From: Heterodontus francisci
Lineage: Eukaryota
Assembly (NCBI RefSeq): GCF_036365525.1
Contig: NC_090399.1
Coordinates: 42,688,430 to 42,752,429, forward strand
Reading direction: 5' to 3'
DNA: 64,000 bases
Positions 26,458-37,262 of this stretch are shown here, piece by piece. The position numbers and the translations under genes were made by a program. Within the stretch, counting starts at the first letter, position 1; each line of letters begins with the position of its first letter. The notes beneath the pieces were generated by a model. The model was given only the letters and a program-made list of their open reading frames with translations. It was not told where the DNA came from and did no database searches.

Positions 26458-28477
26458 TAACAGCCACTTAAGGGCCTTCGCCTGCCTCCACGTGGATTTT
26501 ACATGTGGCAAGCGGGCGTCCTAGACCAGAGAAAAGCCACATGACAAAAGCAGGTGGCTTTCTGACGGCCTGTGGGGGGTGGGGAGGCCCTCATGATCAG
26601 GCACCCTGTGCCCAACGAAAGGCCACCCCTGATGTCCCAACCAATCCCAACCTGCCCCTCGTCCCCTCATTCAACCACCCTGGCCTCACCAGGGGCCGAA
26701 CAATCACCCCGGTGTGGCAACAAAAAACTTACTTGCGTTCCAGTGTTCACCCATATCATCTTTGCGATATTAGGACAGAGATCTGCCTGTCCTCTGATTG
26801 GCCGGCAGCTCCATTAGGCGGGACTTCCTACTTCAAGTGGGTGGAAGTCCCGCCTCAAACTAATTAAAGCCCGGGGACCCGCAAAATACGGGACGGATCC
26901 CCAGGCCAGGAGGAAGTGGGTTCGCCACCGACTTTTCAGTCAGTGGACGGTTCCGTCCGCCTAGGGTAAAATCCCTGCCTATGTGTCAGAATTTCAACAA
27001 AGACTCACAAAAGTTTGAGAGATGGCCAGAGAACATAAAGATTTGTCAGCAAGTGATGTAAACCCAAGCAGATAGAATAGCTGAGGCATAAAGTTTGCAG
27101 CCTGGAGACAAGCTGTTTGCTTTCAATGGTTCCCCAGGCAAAGTGAATAAAACTAGGTTCAGTGGACCTTACTTCATGAAGAGGAAACTCAATGAGGTGA
27201 ACTAGTTAGTACCCCAGATAGATGGAAAGGTAAAACGGTGTGTCACATGAATATGTTGTAAAAATACTAAGATCATGAACCTTGTCAGCCAGTAAATGAA
27301 TGTCAAATGACGGAAGAGGAGGATAAGGGTAGTGTTATTTTTAATGAACTGGATGAAGGGGCAGACACTGAGAACTCTCAGATTGAACCTCCTGCTGTAA
27401 AACTGGCAAACACAGAAGTGTTAGAAAGCTTAGATACAGTTCGACACTATCTTTCCGAACAACATAAAAATGATACAGTTGAGCTGTTAAGCATTTAAAG
27501 CAGTATGTGCAGATGAACTCTGGCTATTCATGAGGTTGATGTAGGGACAGCTACACCCATTAAACAGAACCCTTATCGACTCAATCCTCATACATTGGCT
27601 CAGGCCGGACAGTAGATTCAATAAATGCTCAAGAATGATATAAATGAACCCGGTCAATGTAGCTGGAGTTCTCCAGTTGTGCTGGTACCAAAATCAGATG
27701 GTTCCAAAAGATTTTGTATTGATTATCAGAAAGTCAGTGCATAACTAAAACAGACTCTTATCCAGAACTATGACTCGAGGATAATATTGACAGAGTGGGG
27801 AATTCCATCTTTATTAACAAGATTACTTGCTGAAAAGGTTATTGGCAAATCCCCTTGACCGCCCAAGCTAAAGGTGTTTCCGTCTTTGTGACCCCAGATG
27901 GCCTATTTCAGGGTAAGGTCATGCCTTTTGGTATGAAAAATGGACTGGCCATATTTCAAAGGTTGACTAACCAGATGATTGCTGGACTGAGCAAATGCAT
28001 TGTATACCTGGATGATCTGTTGGTAGACAGTGACACTTGGGAGGATCATGTTGAATGCTTAAGGTTCTGTACGACAGGTTACAGTAAGCCAATTTGGTAG
28101 TGAACTTAGCAAAGAGTAAGTTTGCCAAGGCTAAGTTTGTGGGTCAAGGTCAAGTGTTGTCTATAGAAGCTAAGCTTCAGTCGATAATAGACTTCCCAGT
28201 CCCAAGACAAAACAGAGATACTGCGATTCCTCGGGATGTGTGGGTTCTACCAGAAGTTCATTCCCAACTTCAGCACGTAGCTACCTCACTGAAGATTTTG
28301 TTTAAAATAAAGGGTGCGAAGGATCAGTGGACAGAATCCTGTCAAATAGTGTTTGAAAAGTTAAAGGCCATTTTAATAAAATGAGCCCATTCTAGTGGCA
28401 CCAAATTTAGGCAAGCTCTTTAAGGTAACTATTGATGCCAGTGATGTACGAGTAGGAGCAGTGTTACTCTAGGATGA

Positions 28478-29640
28478 CACAATTCAGCAGAGCGGTGCCT
28501 CATCAGACCCCTTTCCCATCCTGAGTGATGTGAAACAGAGCAGTGTTCTCGCACCTACACTGTTTGGGATCTTCTCACTGTTGCTCTCTCACATGTTCAA
28601 GTCTTCAGAAGAAGGAATTTTCCTCCACATAAGATCAGATGGCAGGTTGTTCAACTTTGCCCATCTTAGAGCGAAGACCAAAGTACGGAAGGTGTTCATC
28701 AGGGAACTCCTCTTTCCTGACGATGCTGCATGAACATCCCACACGAAAGACTGTCTGCACAGACTCATCGACAGGATTGCAGCTGCCTTCAATGAATTTG
28801 GCCTAACCATCAGCCTCAAGAAAATCAAAATCATGGGGCAGGACGTCAGAAATGCTCCATCAATATTGGCGACCACGCTCTGGAAGTGGTTCAAGAGTTC
28901 ACCTACCTAGGCTCAACATCACCAGTAAACTGTCTCTCGATGCAGAAATCAAAAAGCACATGGGAAAGACGTCTGCTGCTATGTCCAGACTGACCAAGAG
29001 GGTGTGGGAAAATGGAGCACTGACACGGAACACAAAGGTCCGAGTGTTTCAAGCCTGCGTCTCTGTATCTTGCTCAACGGCAGCGAGGCCTGGACAACGT
29101 ATGTCAGCCAAGAGTGACGTCTCAACACATTCCATCTGTCTCCGGAGAATTCTTGGCATCAGAAAGCAGGACCGTATCACCAATGCAGAAGTCCTTGAGG
29201 CAGCCAACATCCCCAGCACGTACGCCATACTGAGCCAGCAGCACTCGAGATGGCTTGGACATGCGAGCCGCATGGAAGATGGCAGGATCCCCAAGGATGC
29301 ATTGTACAGTGAGCTAGTCACTGGTATCAGACCCAACTGCCGTCCATGTCTCCGCTTTAAAGACCTCGACAAATGTGACATGAAGTCCTGCGACACTGAC
29401 CACAAGGCGGGGCTAAAGAGAGGCGAGTCGAAGAGACTTAGCAGTTGGCAGGAAAAGAGACAGAAAGTGCAAGGAGAGAGCCAACTGTATAACAGCCCCG
29501 ACAACCAATTTTATCTGCAGCGCCTGTGGAAGAGTCTGTCACTCTAGAATTGGCCTTCATAGCCACTCCAGGCACTGCTCCACAAAGCACTGACCACCTC
29601 TAGGTGCTTACCCATTGTCTCTCGAGATAAGGAGGCCAAA
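28478..29640 (+). mobile_element. 5'-truncated RTE-clade LINE
   Basis: Homologous to the RT C-terminus and 3' UTR of the RTE at 31831-35640; flanked by a diverged duplication of about 36 bp. Confidence 0.92.
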
Positions 29641-29793
29641 GTAGATGATGCAGGAGTAGGAGCAGTGTTACTCCAGGATGATACTGGTATTGAAAGACCA
29701 TTTATTTCTCTAGAAAACTCACCACGTACCAGAAGTACTCCACTATTGGAAAGGGAGCTTTAGGTCTCATACTGGCTCTTCAACAATCTGAAG

Positions 29794-30101
29794 TAGAGGC
29801 CTGCTCGGGTCAGGAAAAAAGAACCCGACCGAACCACAGCAGACACGAGACCGACCCGGCTCTAGTCCCTCCCATTTTGCCCCGAGCCTGACCCGACCCG
29901 AGCATCCGTTTACTTACCTTCCTGACACCAAACCCGCAAGAAGCTGCAGCACACACATGATGACATTATAGTGATGTCACTCGTTCACTGCATGGACTCA
30001 ATTTCGTCCCAGAGTCCAGGCTCAGATAAGTTTTTTTTAAATTTCAACACATCCCAGCAGAGCACTAACCGTGTGCGTCCGGCCCAATCCGACCCGAGCC
30101 A
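29794..30101. mobile_element. Truncated MITE-like repeat
   Basis: Begins tagaggcctgctcgggtc, has repeated acccga motifs, and interrupts element A RNase H. Confidence 0.5.
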
Positions 30102-30602
30102 AAAGCTGTTCCTTCACTGTCGCTGGGTCAAAATCCTGGAACTCCCTTCCTAACAGCACTGTGGGTGTACCTACCCCACATGGACTGCAGCGGTTCAAGA
30201 AGGCAGCTCACCACCACCTTCTCAAGGGCAATTAGGGATGGGCAATAAATGCTGGCCTGGCCAGCGACGCCCACATCCCGTGAATGAATAAAAAAAAAAA
30301 TCCTTTGATCCCTTTAAACCCAAGAGCTTTTCTCATTCCTTCTTGAAAACATAGTGTTTTGGCCTCAACTGCTTTCTGTGGTAGCGAATTCCACAGGCTC
30401 ACCACTCTCTGGGTGAAGACATTTCTCCTCATCTCAGTCCTGAAAGGTTTACCTCGCATCCTTAGACTATGACCCCTGGTTCTGGACTCCCCCACCATCG
30501 GGAACATCCTTCCTGCATCTACCCTGTCAAGTCCTGTTAGAATTTTATAGGTTTCTATGAGATCCCCCCCTCACTCTTCTGAACTCCAGCGAATATAATC
30601 CT
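30102..30602. mobile_element. Tail-to-tail LINE 3' fragments: CR1/L2-group (+, 30102-30300, poly-A) and CR1 (-, 30301-30602)
   Basis: The + part matches the family tail and ends gaatgaataaaaaaaaaaa; the - part translates MFPMVGESRTRGHSLRMRG...WNSLP, the CR1 ORF2 C-terminus. Confidence 0.85.
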
Positions 30603-30873
30603 CGAGAAATTTAAAACCAAGAATACCAGATTATTTCAGTGGAGTTTAATCCTGCAACAATTTACCCTAAACATTGTACATGTTACAGGAAAGAGCAATG
30701 TAACTGGTGATACTCCAGTCAGAATTTAAGGAAAAGGTATAATGGAGGAAAGTAACTCAGATATAAAATATTGTTACCTGTATAAAGTATTAATAGAAAT
30801 ATTTACAATGCTATATGCTGATAATGTTGAGAAATCATTACTACAGCAATGAATTTTCTATTTTTGGGAGAGA

Positions 30874-31706
30874 TATTGTGAACACTAGACTTTGTAACAT
30901 GATTAAGTTTTTTTTAAATTGGAATTTTCCAAATTTTAAGATGGAGTCAGAAGTCAGGTGACCTCACATCAACACTGCTTAAAGACAGGGATCTTGGTTA
31001 CCAGGACAACAAAAAAATCAGATCAAAGACCTTTCTGAAAAACAAAGATTGCAGGGGGTATAACACCTGAAGAACAATGGGTTTCACTCTCCCAGACTTT
31101 CAGATCATAAACAAGAAGCCAGTGACTCTGAATGTAAACAATGGAAAGCCTGGGTGGCTTTGCGGCAGCCAGACTTGTGGACTTTGCATATTCTAAGAGA
31201 CGACTGGCTATTGACTATTGATTCCAGATAAATTCAACAGATCTTCTGAAGGCAGGCAGTAAGGAAGACGACCAACGGTGACAGCCTCAGAAGGAGAAAC
31301 AGAGAGAACATCTGCTCTCAGAAGACTGATACAGTGAAAGGCTGCGAAGAATTGAAGCCATTTTGAAAGCTGAGGTTTGCAGAGAAGTAAAAGACCAATA
31401 TGATCACCAGAAATCGCCTTATTCACAGATGTCCAGGTGGAAAGTGCTCGGAAGAAGTGAGCAAAGAGGACATTGACTTTGAGAAAGGTCTGGGAGATCC
31501 AATCCATTGCAACAGGCAGGAGTTTTAGCTGCACACATTTCACTGTCAAGGAGGGCTGCGTAATGTACAAGTGTGGTGTGAGGTTTTCAAATATTTTAAT
31601 AAGTGAAGAAAATACCTTTATCTGTAATTTGGGATATCAGCTACTTACAAAATATTGTTTGGTTAATGGGGATTTCTTTTAAGTTTGGTGTGATAATAAA
31701 AGTCTT
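30874..31706 (+). repeat. 3' LTR of element A, first part (remainder at 36796-36887)
   Basis: Aligns with 12718-13578; the remainder ending ctcactgaggtggaaaca resumes after the SINE. Confidence 0.88.
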
Positions 31707-31830
31707 CTGCTGAACAGCAGTGAAGACTGCTTAGGTGTGACTTCCCTCAAATTCACTCGTAAGGGTATACTTCAAATCAGTGGTTCAGATTGGAACTGAG
31801 AAGAGCTGATATCATATCAGTTGATGGTGT

Positions 31831-34800
31831 TTTTCTTTTTTTTTCTTTTGGGCCTCCTTATCTCGAGAGACAATGGATACGCGCCTGGAGGTGGTCAGTG
31901 GTTTGTGAAGCAGCGCCTGGAGTGGCTATAAAGGCCAATTCTGGAGTGACAGGCTCTTCCACAGGTGCTGCAGAGAAATTTGTTTGTCGGGGCTGTTGCA
32001 CAGTTGGCTCTCCCCTTGCGCCTCTGTCTTTTTTCCTGCCAACTACTAAGTCTCTTCGACTCGCCACAATTTAGCCCTGTCTTGATGGCTGCCCGCCAGC
32101 TCTGGCGAATGCTGGCAACTGACTCCCACAACTTGTGATCAATGTCACACGATTTCATGTCGCGTTTGCAGACGTCTTTATAGCGGAGACATGGACGGCC
32201 GATGGGTCTGATACCAGTGGCGAGCTCGCTGTACAATGTGTCTTTGGGGATCTTGCCATCTTCCATGCGGCTCACATGGCCAAGCCATCTCAAGCGCCGC
32301 TGACTCAGTAGTGTGTATAAGCTGGGGGTGTTGGCCGCTTCAAGGACTTCTGTGTTGAGATATAGTCCTGCCACCTGATGCCAAGTATTCTCCGAAGGCA
32401 GCGAAGATGGAATGAATTGAGACGTCGCTCTTGGCTGGCATACGTTGTCCAGGCCTCGCTGCCGTAGAGCAAGGTACTGAGGACACAGGCCTGATACACA
32501 CGGACTTTTGTGTTCCGTGTCAGTGCGCCATTTTCCCACACTCTCTTGGCCAGTCTGGACATAGCAGTGGAAGCCTTACCCATGCGCTTGTTGATTTCTG
32601 CATCTCGAGACAGGTTACTGGTGATAGTTGAGCCGAGGTAGGTGAACTCTTGAACCACTTCCAGAGCGTGGTCGCCAATATTGATGGATGGAGCATTTCT
32701 GACGTCCTGCCCCATGATGTTCGTTTTCTTGAGGCTGATGGTTAGGCCAAATTCATTGCAGGCAGACGCAAACCTGTCGATGAGACTCTGCAGGCACTCT
32801 TCAGTGTGAGATGTTAAAGCAGCATCGTCAGCAAAGAGGAGTTCTCTGATGAGGACTTTCCGTACTTTGGACTTCGCTCTTAGATGGGCAAGGTTGAACA
32901 ACCTGCCCCCTGATCTTGTGTGGAGGAAAATTCCTTCTTCAGAGGATTTGAACGCATGTGAAAGCAGCAGGGAGAAGAAAATCCCAAAAAGTGTGGGTGC
33001 GAGAACACAGCCCTGTTTCACACCACTCAGGATAGGAAAGGGCTCTGATGAGGAGCCACCATGTTGAATTGTGCCTTTCATATCGTCATGGAATGAGGTG
33101 ATGATACTTAGTAGCTTTGGTGGACATCCGATCTTTTCTCGTAGTCTGAAGAGACCACGTCTGCTGACGAGGTCAAAGGCTTTGGTGAGATCAATGAAAG
33201 CAATGTAGAGGGGCATCTGTTGTTCACGGCATTTCTCCTGTATCTGACGAAGGGAGAACAGCATGTCAATGGTCGATCTCTCTGCACGAAAGCCACACTG
33301 TGCCTCAGGGTAGACGCGCTCGGCCAGCTTCTGGAGCCTGTTCAGAGCGACTCGAGCAAAGACTTTCCCCACTATGCTGAGCAGGGAGATTCCACGGTAG
33401 TTGTTGCAGTCACCGCGGTCACCTTTGTTTTTATAGAGGCTGATGATGTTGGCATCGCGCATATCCTGGGGTACTGCTCCCTCGTCCCAGCACAGGCATA
33501 GCAGTTCATGTAGTGCTGAGAGTATAGCAGGCTTGGCACTCTTGATTATTTCAGGGGTAATGCTGTCCTTCCCAGGGGCTTTTCCGCTGGCTAGGGAATC
33601 AATGGCATCACTGAGTTCCGATTTGGTTGGCTGTATGTCCAGCTCATCCATGACTGGTCGAGGCTGGGCTGCATTGAGGGCAGTCTCAGTGACAGCATTC
33701 TCCCTGGAGTACAGTTCTCGGTAGTGCTCAACCCAGCGGTCCATCTGTTTGCGTTGGTCAGTGATTATGTCCCCCGATTTAGATTTGAGGGGGGCTATCT
33801 TCTTGATGGTTGGCCCAAGAGCTCTCTTCATGCCATCATACATTCTTCTGATGTTTCCGGTGTCTGAGGCCAGCTGAATATGACTGCATAGGTGTTGCCA
33901 GTAATCGTTTGCGCAACGCCTAGCTGTTCTTTGTGCAGTACTTCTGGCTGCTTTAAGTGCTGCGGATGTTAAATCGCTGGGGGCTTTCTTGTAGTTCAAC
34001 AGTGCAATGCGCTTTGCGGCTATGACAGGTTCCAGCTCTTCATTATGAGATTGAAACCAGTCTGCATTTCTCTTCGCACTTTTGCCGTAGGTGGTCAAAG
34101 CTGACTCATAGATGGCGTCTCTGATGTGGGCCCACTTGGTCTCAGCATCCCCTGTGGGAGTGTTTGGAAGGGCTGTTACAAGTGAATTTAGAAATTTTTG
34201 TAACAGCTGTGGGTGAGAAATTCTGCTCGTGTTGATGCGCGGGTGGCCCTTCTGCTTGGAATGATGCAACTTCTTTGGTCTGAGTCTAACCTTGCTGCAC
34301 ACCAGGGAGTGGTCGGTGTCGCAGTCCGCACTGTGGAAGCTGCGTGTGATTTGAACACTGTTTAAGGCGGCTCGCCTTGTGACAATGAGGTCTAGCTGGT
34401 GCCAACGACGTGATCTTGGGTGCCTCCATGAAACCTGGTGACAGGGTTTAGTGTGAAAGAACGAGTTGGTGATGCAGAGGTTATGATAGGTACACAACTC
34501 AAGCAGTCTCTGCCCGTTCTCATTCATCCTTCCAACGCCATAGCGCCCAAGGCAGGAGCGCCATGAGTTATGGTCGGCCCCAACCCTGGTATTAAAGTCC
34601 CCCAGCAGGAATAGGTGTTCGGTGTTGGGGATGCTGCTAATGATGTTATGGAGTTGTTCATAGAACTGGTCTTTAGCTTCAGGTGGGGAGCAGAGTGTTG
34701 GAGCATAGATGCTGAGTAGGTGTACTGGACCAGAGGTGGTGAGCAGTCGGATGGACAGTATGCGTTCCGAGCCATTTGAGGGAGGCTCTATCATGCTGAG

Positions 34801-35640
34801 CAAAGAGTTTCTGATGGCGAAGCCCACTCCATGCTGTCTTGGTTCTTCAGGATCCCTGCCCTGCCAGAAGAAGGTGTAGTCTTGCTCTGCTGGAGAGCCA
34901 CTCGCGGGGAGGCGAGTCTCCTGAAGTGCTGCAATGTCCACATTGAATCTACTGAGCTCGTTGTTAATGATGGCGGTCTTCCGAGAATCGTTGATTTGTG
35001 TAAGGTCTTCCGACAGGCCAGGACACATAGTTCTGACGTTCCAGCTTGCAAAGCGAAGGCTGGTACCTTCTTTCCTTTTTTCATGTTGTTTGGTGCGGTG
35101 TATCAGTCCACCTTTCGGGCAATGACCCTGAGCTCCAAGCACCCATTGAAGCAGGCAGACTGTGGCGGGACAGAACCTTACTGACCGGGGGCTGCCCGGT
35201 TTGAGGCGGACGGTAGCTGTCCAGTGAGGTGCAATGACTTCTCCCACCAACAAAGGCAACCCGTGGCGCCCAGTTTCTACGCCAATTTATCTGGACTTAT
35301 AACCCGTAACTGCTGCCTTCCGTGTTGTTTTAGTCGCTGTGAGGCAACTATGGAGTGACCTCTCCATGGCGCACGCCTGGGCAAATTTATGGAGGTTGAG
35401 AGTTGCCCAGTCGTCAAAACCCCCCTCTCGGCCTTTCTGGTGGGGTCCAAAGGAGTGCAGAGCATGACGTTTGGCACCAGTATGGCTGCAGGAACTGCCG
35501 GAAACATGCCAAAGGTGACACATGACCGCCTACGGGGTTCCGCTCCGGATTTTCTGTTAGGGTTTACTCCCTTAGCCTTGGTCTCTCCCGAGACGCCCAC
35601 AAGGCAGTGGGGTTGTTGGGGCCCCTACACAGGTGTAGGA
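31831..35640 (-). mobile_element. Apparently full-length RTE-clade LINE
   Basis: 5' UTR, single EN-RT ORF, short 3' UTR and A-rich tail. The 5' boundary is uncertain (about 35640, possibly out to about 35882). Confidence 0.95.
32305..35259 (-). CDS. RTE endonuclease/reverse transcriptase ORF (984 aa, C-terminal frameshift)
   Basis: APE motifs ASWNVRT, ALQETRL, LGDFN, DTDHSLV; RT motifs FIDLTKAFD, GVKQGCVLAP, LFADD, YLGS. The true C-terminus continues in ORF 31895-32539 (NTEVLEAAN...CSTCGRACHSRIGLYSH). Confidence 0.93.
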   Translation of the reverse strand: MPLLVGEVIAPHWTATVRLKPGSPRSVRFCPATVCLLQWVLGAQGHCPKGGLIHRTKQHEKRKEGTSLRFASWNVRTMCPGLSEDLTQINDSRKTAIINNELSRFNVDIAALQETRLPASGSPAEQDYTFFWQGRDPEEPRQHGVGFAIRNSLLSMIEPPSNGSERILSIRLLTTSGPVHLLSIYAPTLCSPPEAKDQFYEQLHNIISSIPNTEHLFLLGDFNTRVGADHNSWRSCLGRYGVGRMNENGQRLLELCTYHNLCITNSFFHTKPCHQVSWRHPRSRRWHQLDLIVTRRAALNSVQITRSFHSADCDTDHSLVCSKVRLRPKKLHHSKQKGHPRINTSRISHPQLLQKFLNSLVTALPNTPTGDAETKWAHIRDAIYESALTTYGKSAKRNADWFQSHNEELEPVIAAKRIALLNYKKAPSDLTSAALKAARSTAQRTARRCANDYWQHLCSHIQLASDTGNIRRMYDGMKRALGPTIKKIAPLKSKSGDIITDQRKQMDRWVEHYRELYSRENAVTETALNAAQPRPVMDELDIQPTKSELSDAIDSLASGKAPGKDSITPEIIKSAKPAILSALHELLCLCWDEGAVPQDMRDANIISLYKNKGDRGDCNNYRGISLLSIVGKVFARVALNRLQKLAERVYPEAQCGFRAERSTIDMLFSLRQIQEKCREQQMPLYIAFIDLTKAFDLVSRRGLFRLREKIGCPPKLLSIITSFHDDMKGTIQHGGSSSEPFPILSGVKQGCVLAPTLFGIFFSLLLSHAFKSSEEGIFLHTRSGGRLFNLAHLRAKSKVRKVLIRELLFADDAALTSHTEECLQSLIDRFASACNEFGLTISLKKTNIMGQDVRNAPSINIGDHALEVVQEFTYLGSTITSNLSRDAEINKRMGKASTAMSRLAKRVWENGALTRNTKVRVYQACVLSTLLYGSEAWTTYASQERRLNSFHLRCLRRILGIRWQDYISTQKSLKRPTPPAYTHY

Positions 35641-36084
35641 TGGTGCCGGTGGGAGGAGGGGATGCAAGGGGGGAGGGGTGCGGGGTGAAGATGGTGCGAG
35701 GGGGGCGGGCTGGGACGGGGTTGTGAGGGGGTGAGCTGAGAGGGTGGAGCAGGGAAGTGGAAGGGGGGTAAAGGGGGGGGGGGGAGGGGGGGGCGGCGGA
35801 AGCTGGTGCAGGTAATAAGCCATTTCCTCAGTGCCCACCATCGACGTCCGGAAAGCTCATAGCTCATCCACGTCCTTCGGGAGGTGAAGCATCATTTGGC
35901 AGACTTAGAGCCAAAAAGACCAGGAAGATCCCCAATATTTCTTTTTGATCTGTGATCTGATCTCATTGGAATGGTGATGAGTGTGCTAGTTATCTTGACT
36001 TCCTTGAATTATGAAGCTGGGGGAGAAAGTCCATCAGGATTTCCATTCCCAATTACTATTATGTCTGGGAAATGGATGTGTATT

Positions 36085-36425
36085 ACACCACCATGGCTGC
36101 AGAGTATACTATCTACGTGATGCACTGCAGCAGCACACTGAAGCTACGTCTACAGCTCGTACCAAACTCTCAACCTCCACTACCGAGAAGGATAAGGGCA
36201 GTAGGTACATAGGAACACAATCACCTCCAAAGTTCCCCTCCAAGTTACAAACTATCCTGATTTGGATTGCATTGCCATCCGTTAGTCCAGGAACTCGCTC
36301 CCTAATAGCACTGCTGGAGCACATTCAGCACATGGATTGCAGTAGTTCAAGATGGCAACCAATCACCACCTCAGAGCAACTCAGAGGTGGCAATTAATGT
36401 GGCCTTGCCAGGTGTACTTGCATCT
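36085..36425 (+). mobile_element. Old diverged 3' end of the CR1/L2-group LINE family
   Basis: Recognisable but heavily mutated match to the tail of the 56598-59815 family (aagttcccctccaag, catggattgcag). Confidence 0.7.
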
Positions 36426-36459
36426 TGAATTAATTTTAAATTATTCACCCTTATTTTGT

Positions 36460-36798
36460 ACAGCAGTGGTTAGCACAGCAGCCTCACAGCTCCAGCGACC
36501 CAGGTTCGATTCTGGATACTGCCTGTGTGGAGTTTGTAAGCTCTCCCTGTGACGGTGTGGGTTTCCGCCGGGTGCTCCGGTTTCCTCCCACAGCCAACGA
36601 CTTGCATGTTGATAGGTAAATTGGCCATTGTAAATTGCCCCTAGTGTGGGGAGGTGGTAGGAGAATTGAGGGAAGGTGGGGATGTGGTAGGGAATATGGG
36701 ATTAATGTAGGATTAGTATAAATGGGTGGTTGATGGTCGGCACAGACTCGGTGGGCCGAAGGGCCTGTTTCAGTGCTGTATCTCTAAACTAAACTAAA
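36460..36798 (+). mobile_element. HE1-type (V-SINE) tRNA-derived SINE
   Basis: A-box gtggttagc, B-box ggttcgattc, V-domain gggtgctccggtttcctcccaca, CR1-like tail gggccgaagggcctgtttc, (taaac)n end. Confidence 0.88.
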
Positions 36799-36998
36799 AG
36801 TTAAATTTTGTTGTGTATTTCTTGAAATTGCTCTGGGAAGATCATATCTTGTGTTTTACCATAAACGGTCTCACTGAGGTGGAAACACTGTGTATCCTGG
36901 GCCTCAGCCTGTCCCGGGCTGGTAGCTCAGCACTAACCCTCCCTCCGATGCTCCAGCTCCGAGGCTGGGACCCCTATAACAGTGAGAGACAGTCTTAC

Positions 36999-37262
36999 CG
37001 TAAATCACCACCATCGTCTCCGTCAGCCCGCTGTGCTCCACCCGACAGGAATACTCAGCCTGGTCTTCCGGATCAAACTCTATCCATTTCCGGATCTGGT
37101 AGGTTCTGTCGTGATTGGGTAAAATCCCAGAGGACAGGGTCTCATCGATCATCACTCCATCTCTCCACAGAGTCACCTCGATGGCCTGAGGGTAAAACCC
37201 AGTGACGACACAGGACAGCCGGTTAGAACCACCCAGACGGGTAAAGGACACGACGGGAGTCA
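36999..37262 (-). CDS. MHC class I heavy chain, alpha3 (Ig C1-set) exon
   Basis: tctctcag|TG...TACG|gtaaga, 264 nt, phase 1-1; translates LSCVVTGFYPQAIEVTLWRDG...LPNHDRTYQ...YSCRVEHSGL. Confidence 0.97.

Larger units (their letters stand above)
22502..26979. mobile_element. Non-autonomous TIR element (MITE, possibly PIF/Harbinger-like), split by two LINE insertions
   Basis: Ends gggctgaattttac and gtaaaatccctgcc are imperfect inverted repeats; TAT is duplicated at 22499-22501 and 26980-26982; the host pol reads EETTLLEY|VSEFQQRL across it; internal palindrome aaggcccttaag...cttaagggcctt. Confidence 0.7.
12718..36887 (+). mobile_element. Gmr1-type Ty3/Gypsy LTR retrotransposon (element A), decayed and heavily nested
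   Basis: 5' LTR 12718-13667; PBS-like site 13671-13690; gag from ATG 13781 with GHIKSECW knuckle remnant; protease region about 15100-15400; integrase 15700-16033 plus 22032-22500; RT (YLDD at about 28005) 27500-28400; RNase H 28400-30729; purine tract; 3' LTR 30874-31706 plus 36796-36887. Flanks CTCT/CTGT form an imperfect 4-bp TSD. Confidence 0.88.

Noticed and set aside
36460-36530. tRNA genes at SINE heads (also 47630-47690 and 59777)
   Set aside because: Only A/B boxes, continuing into SINE body and tail; no complete cloverleaf.
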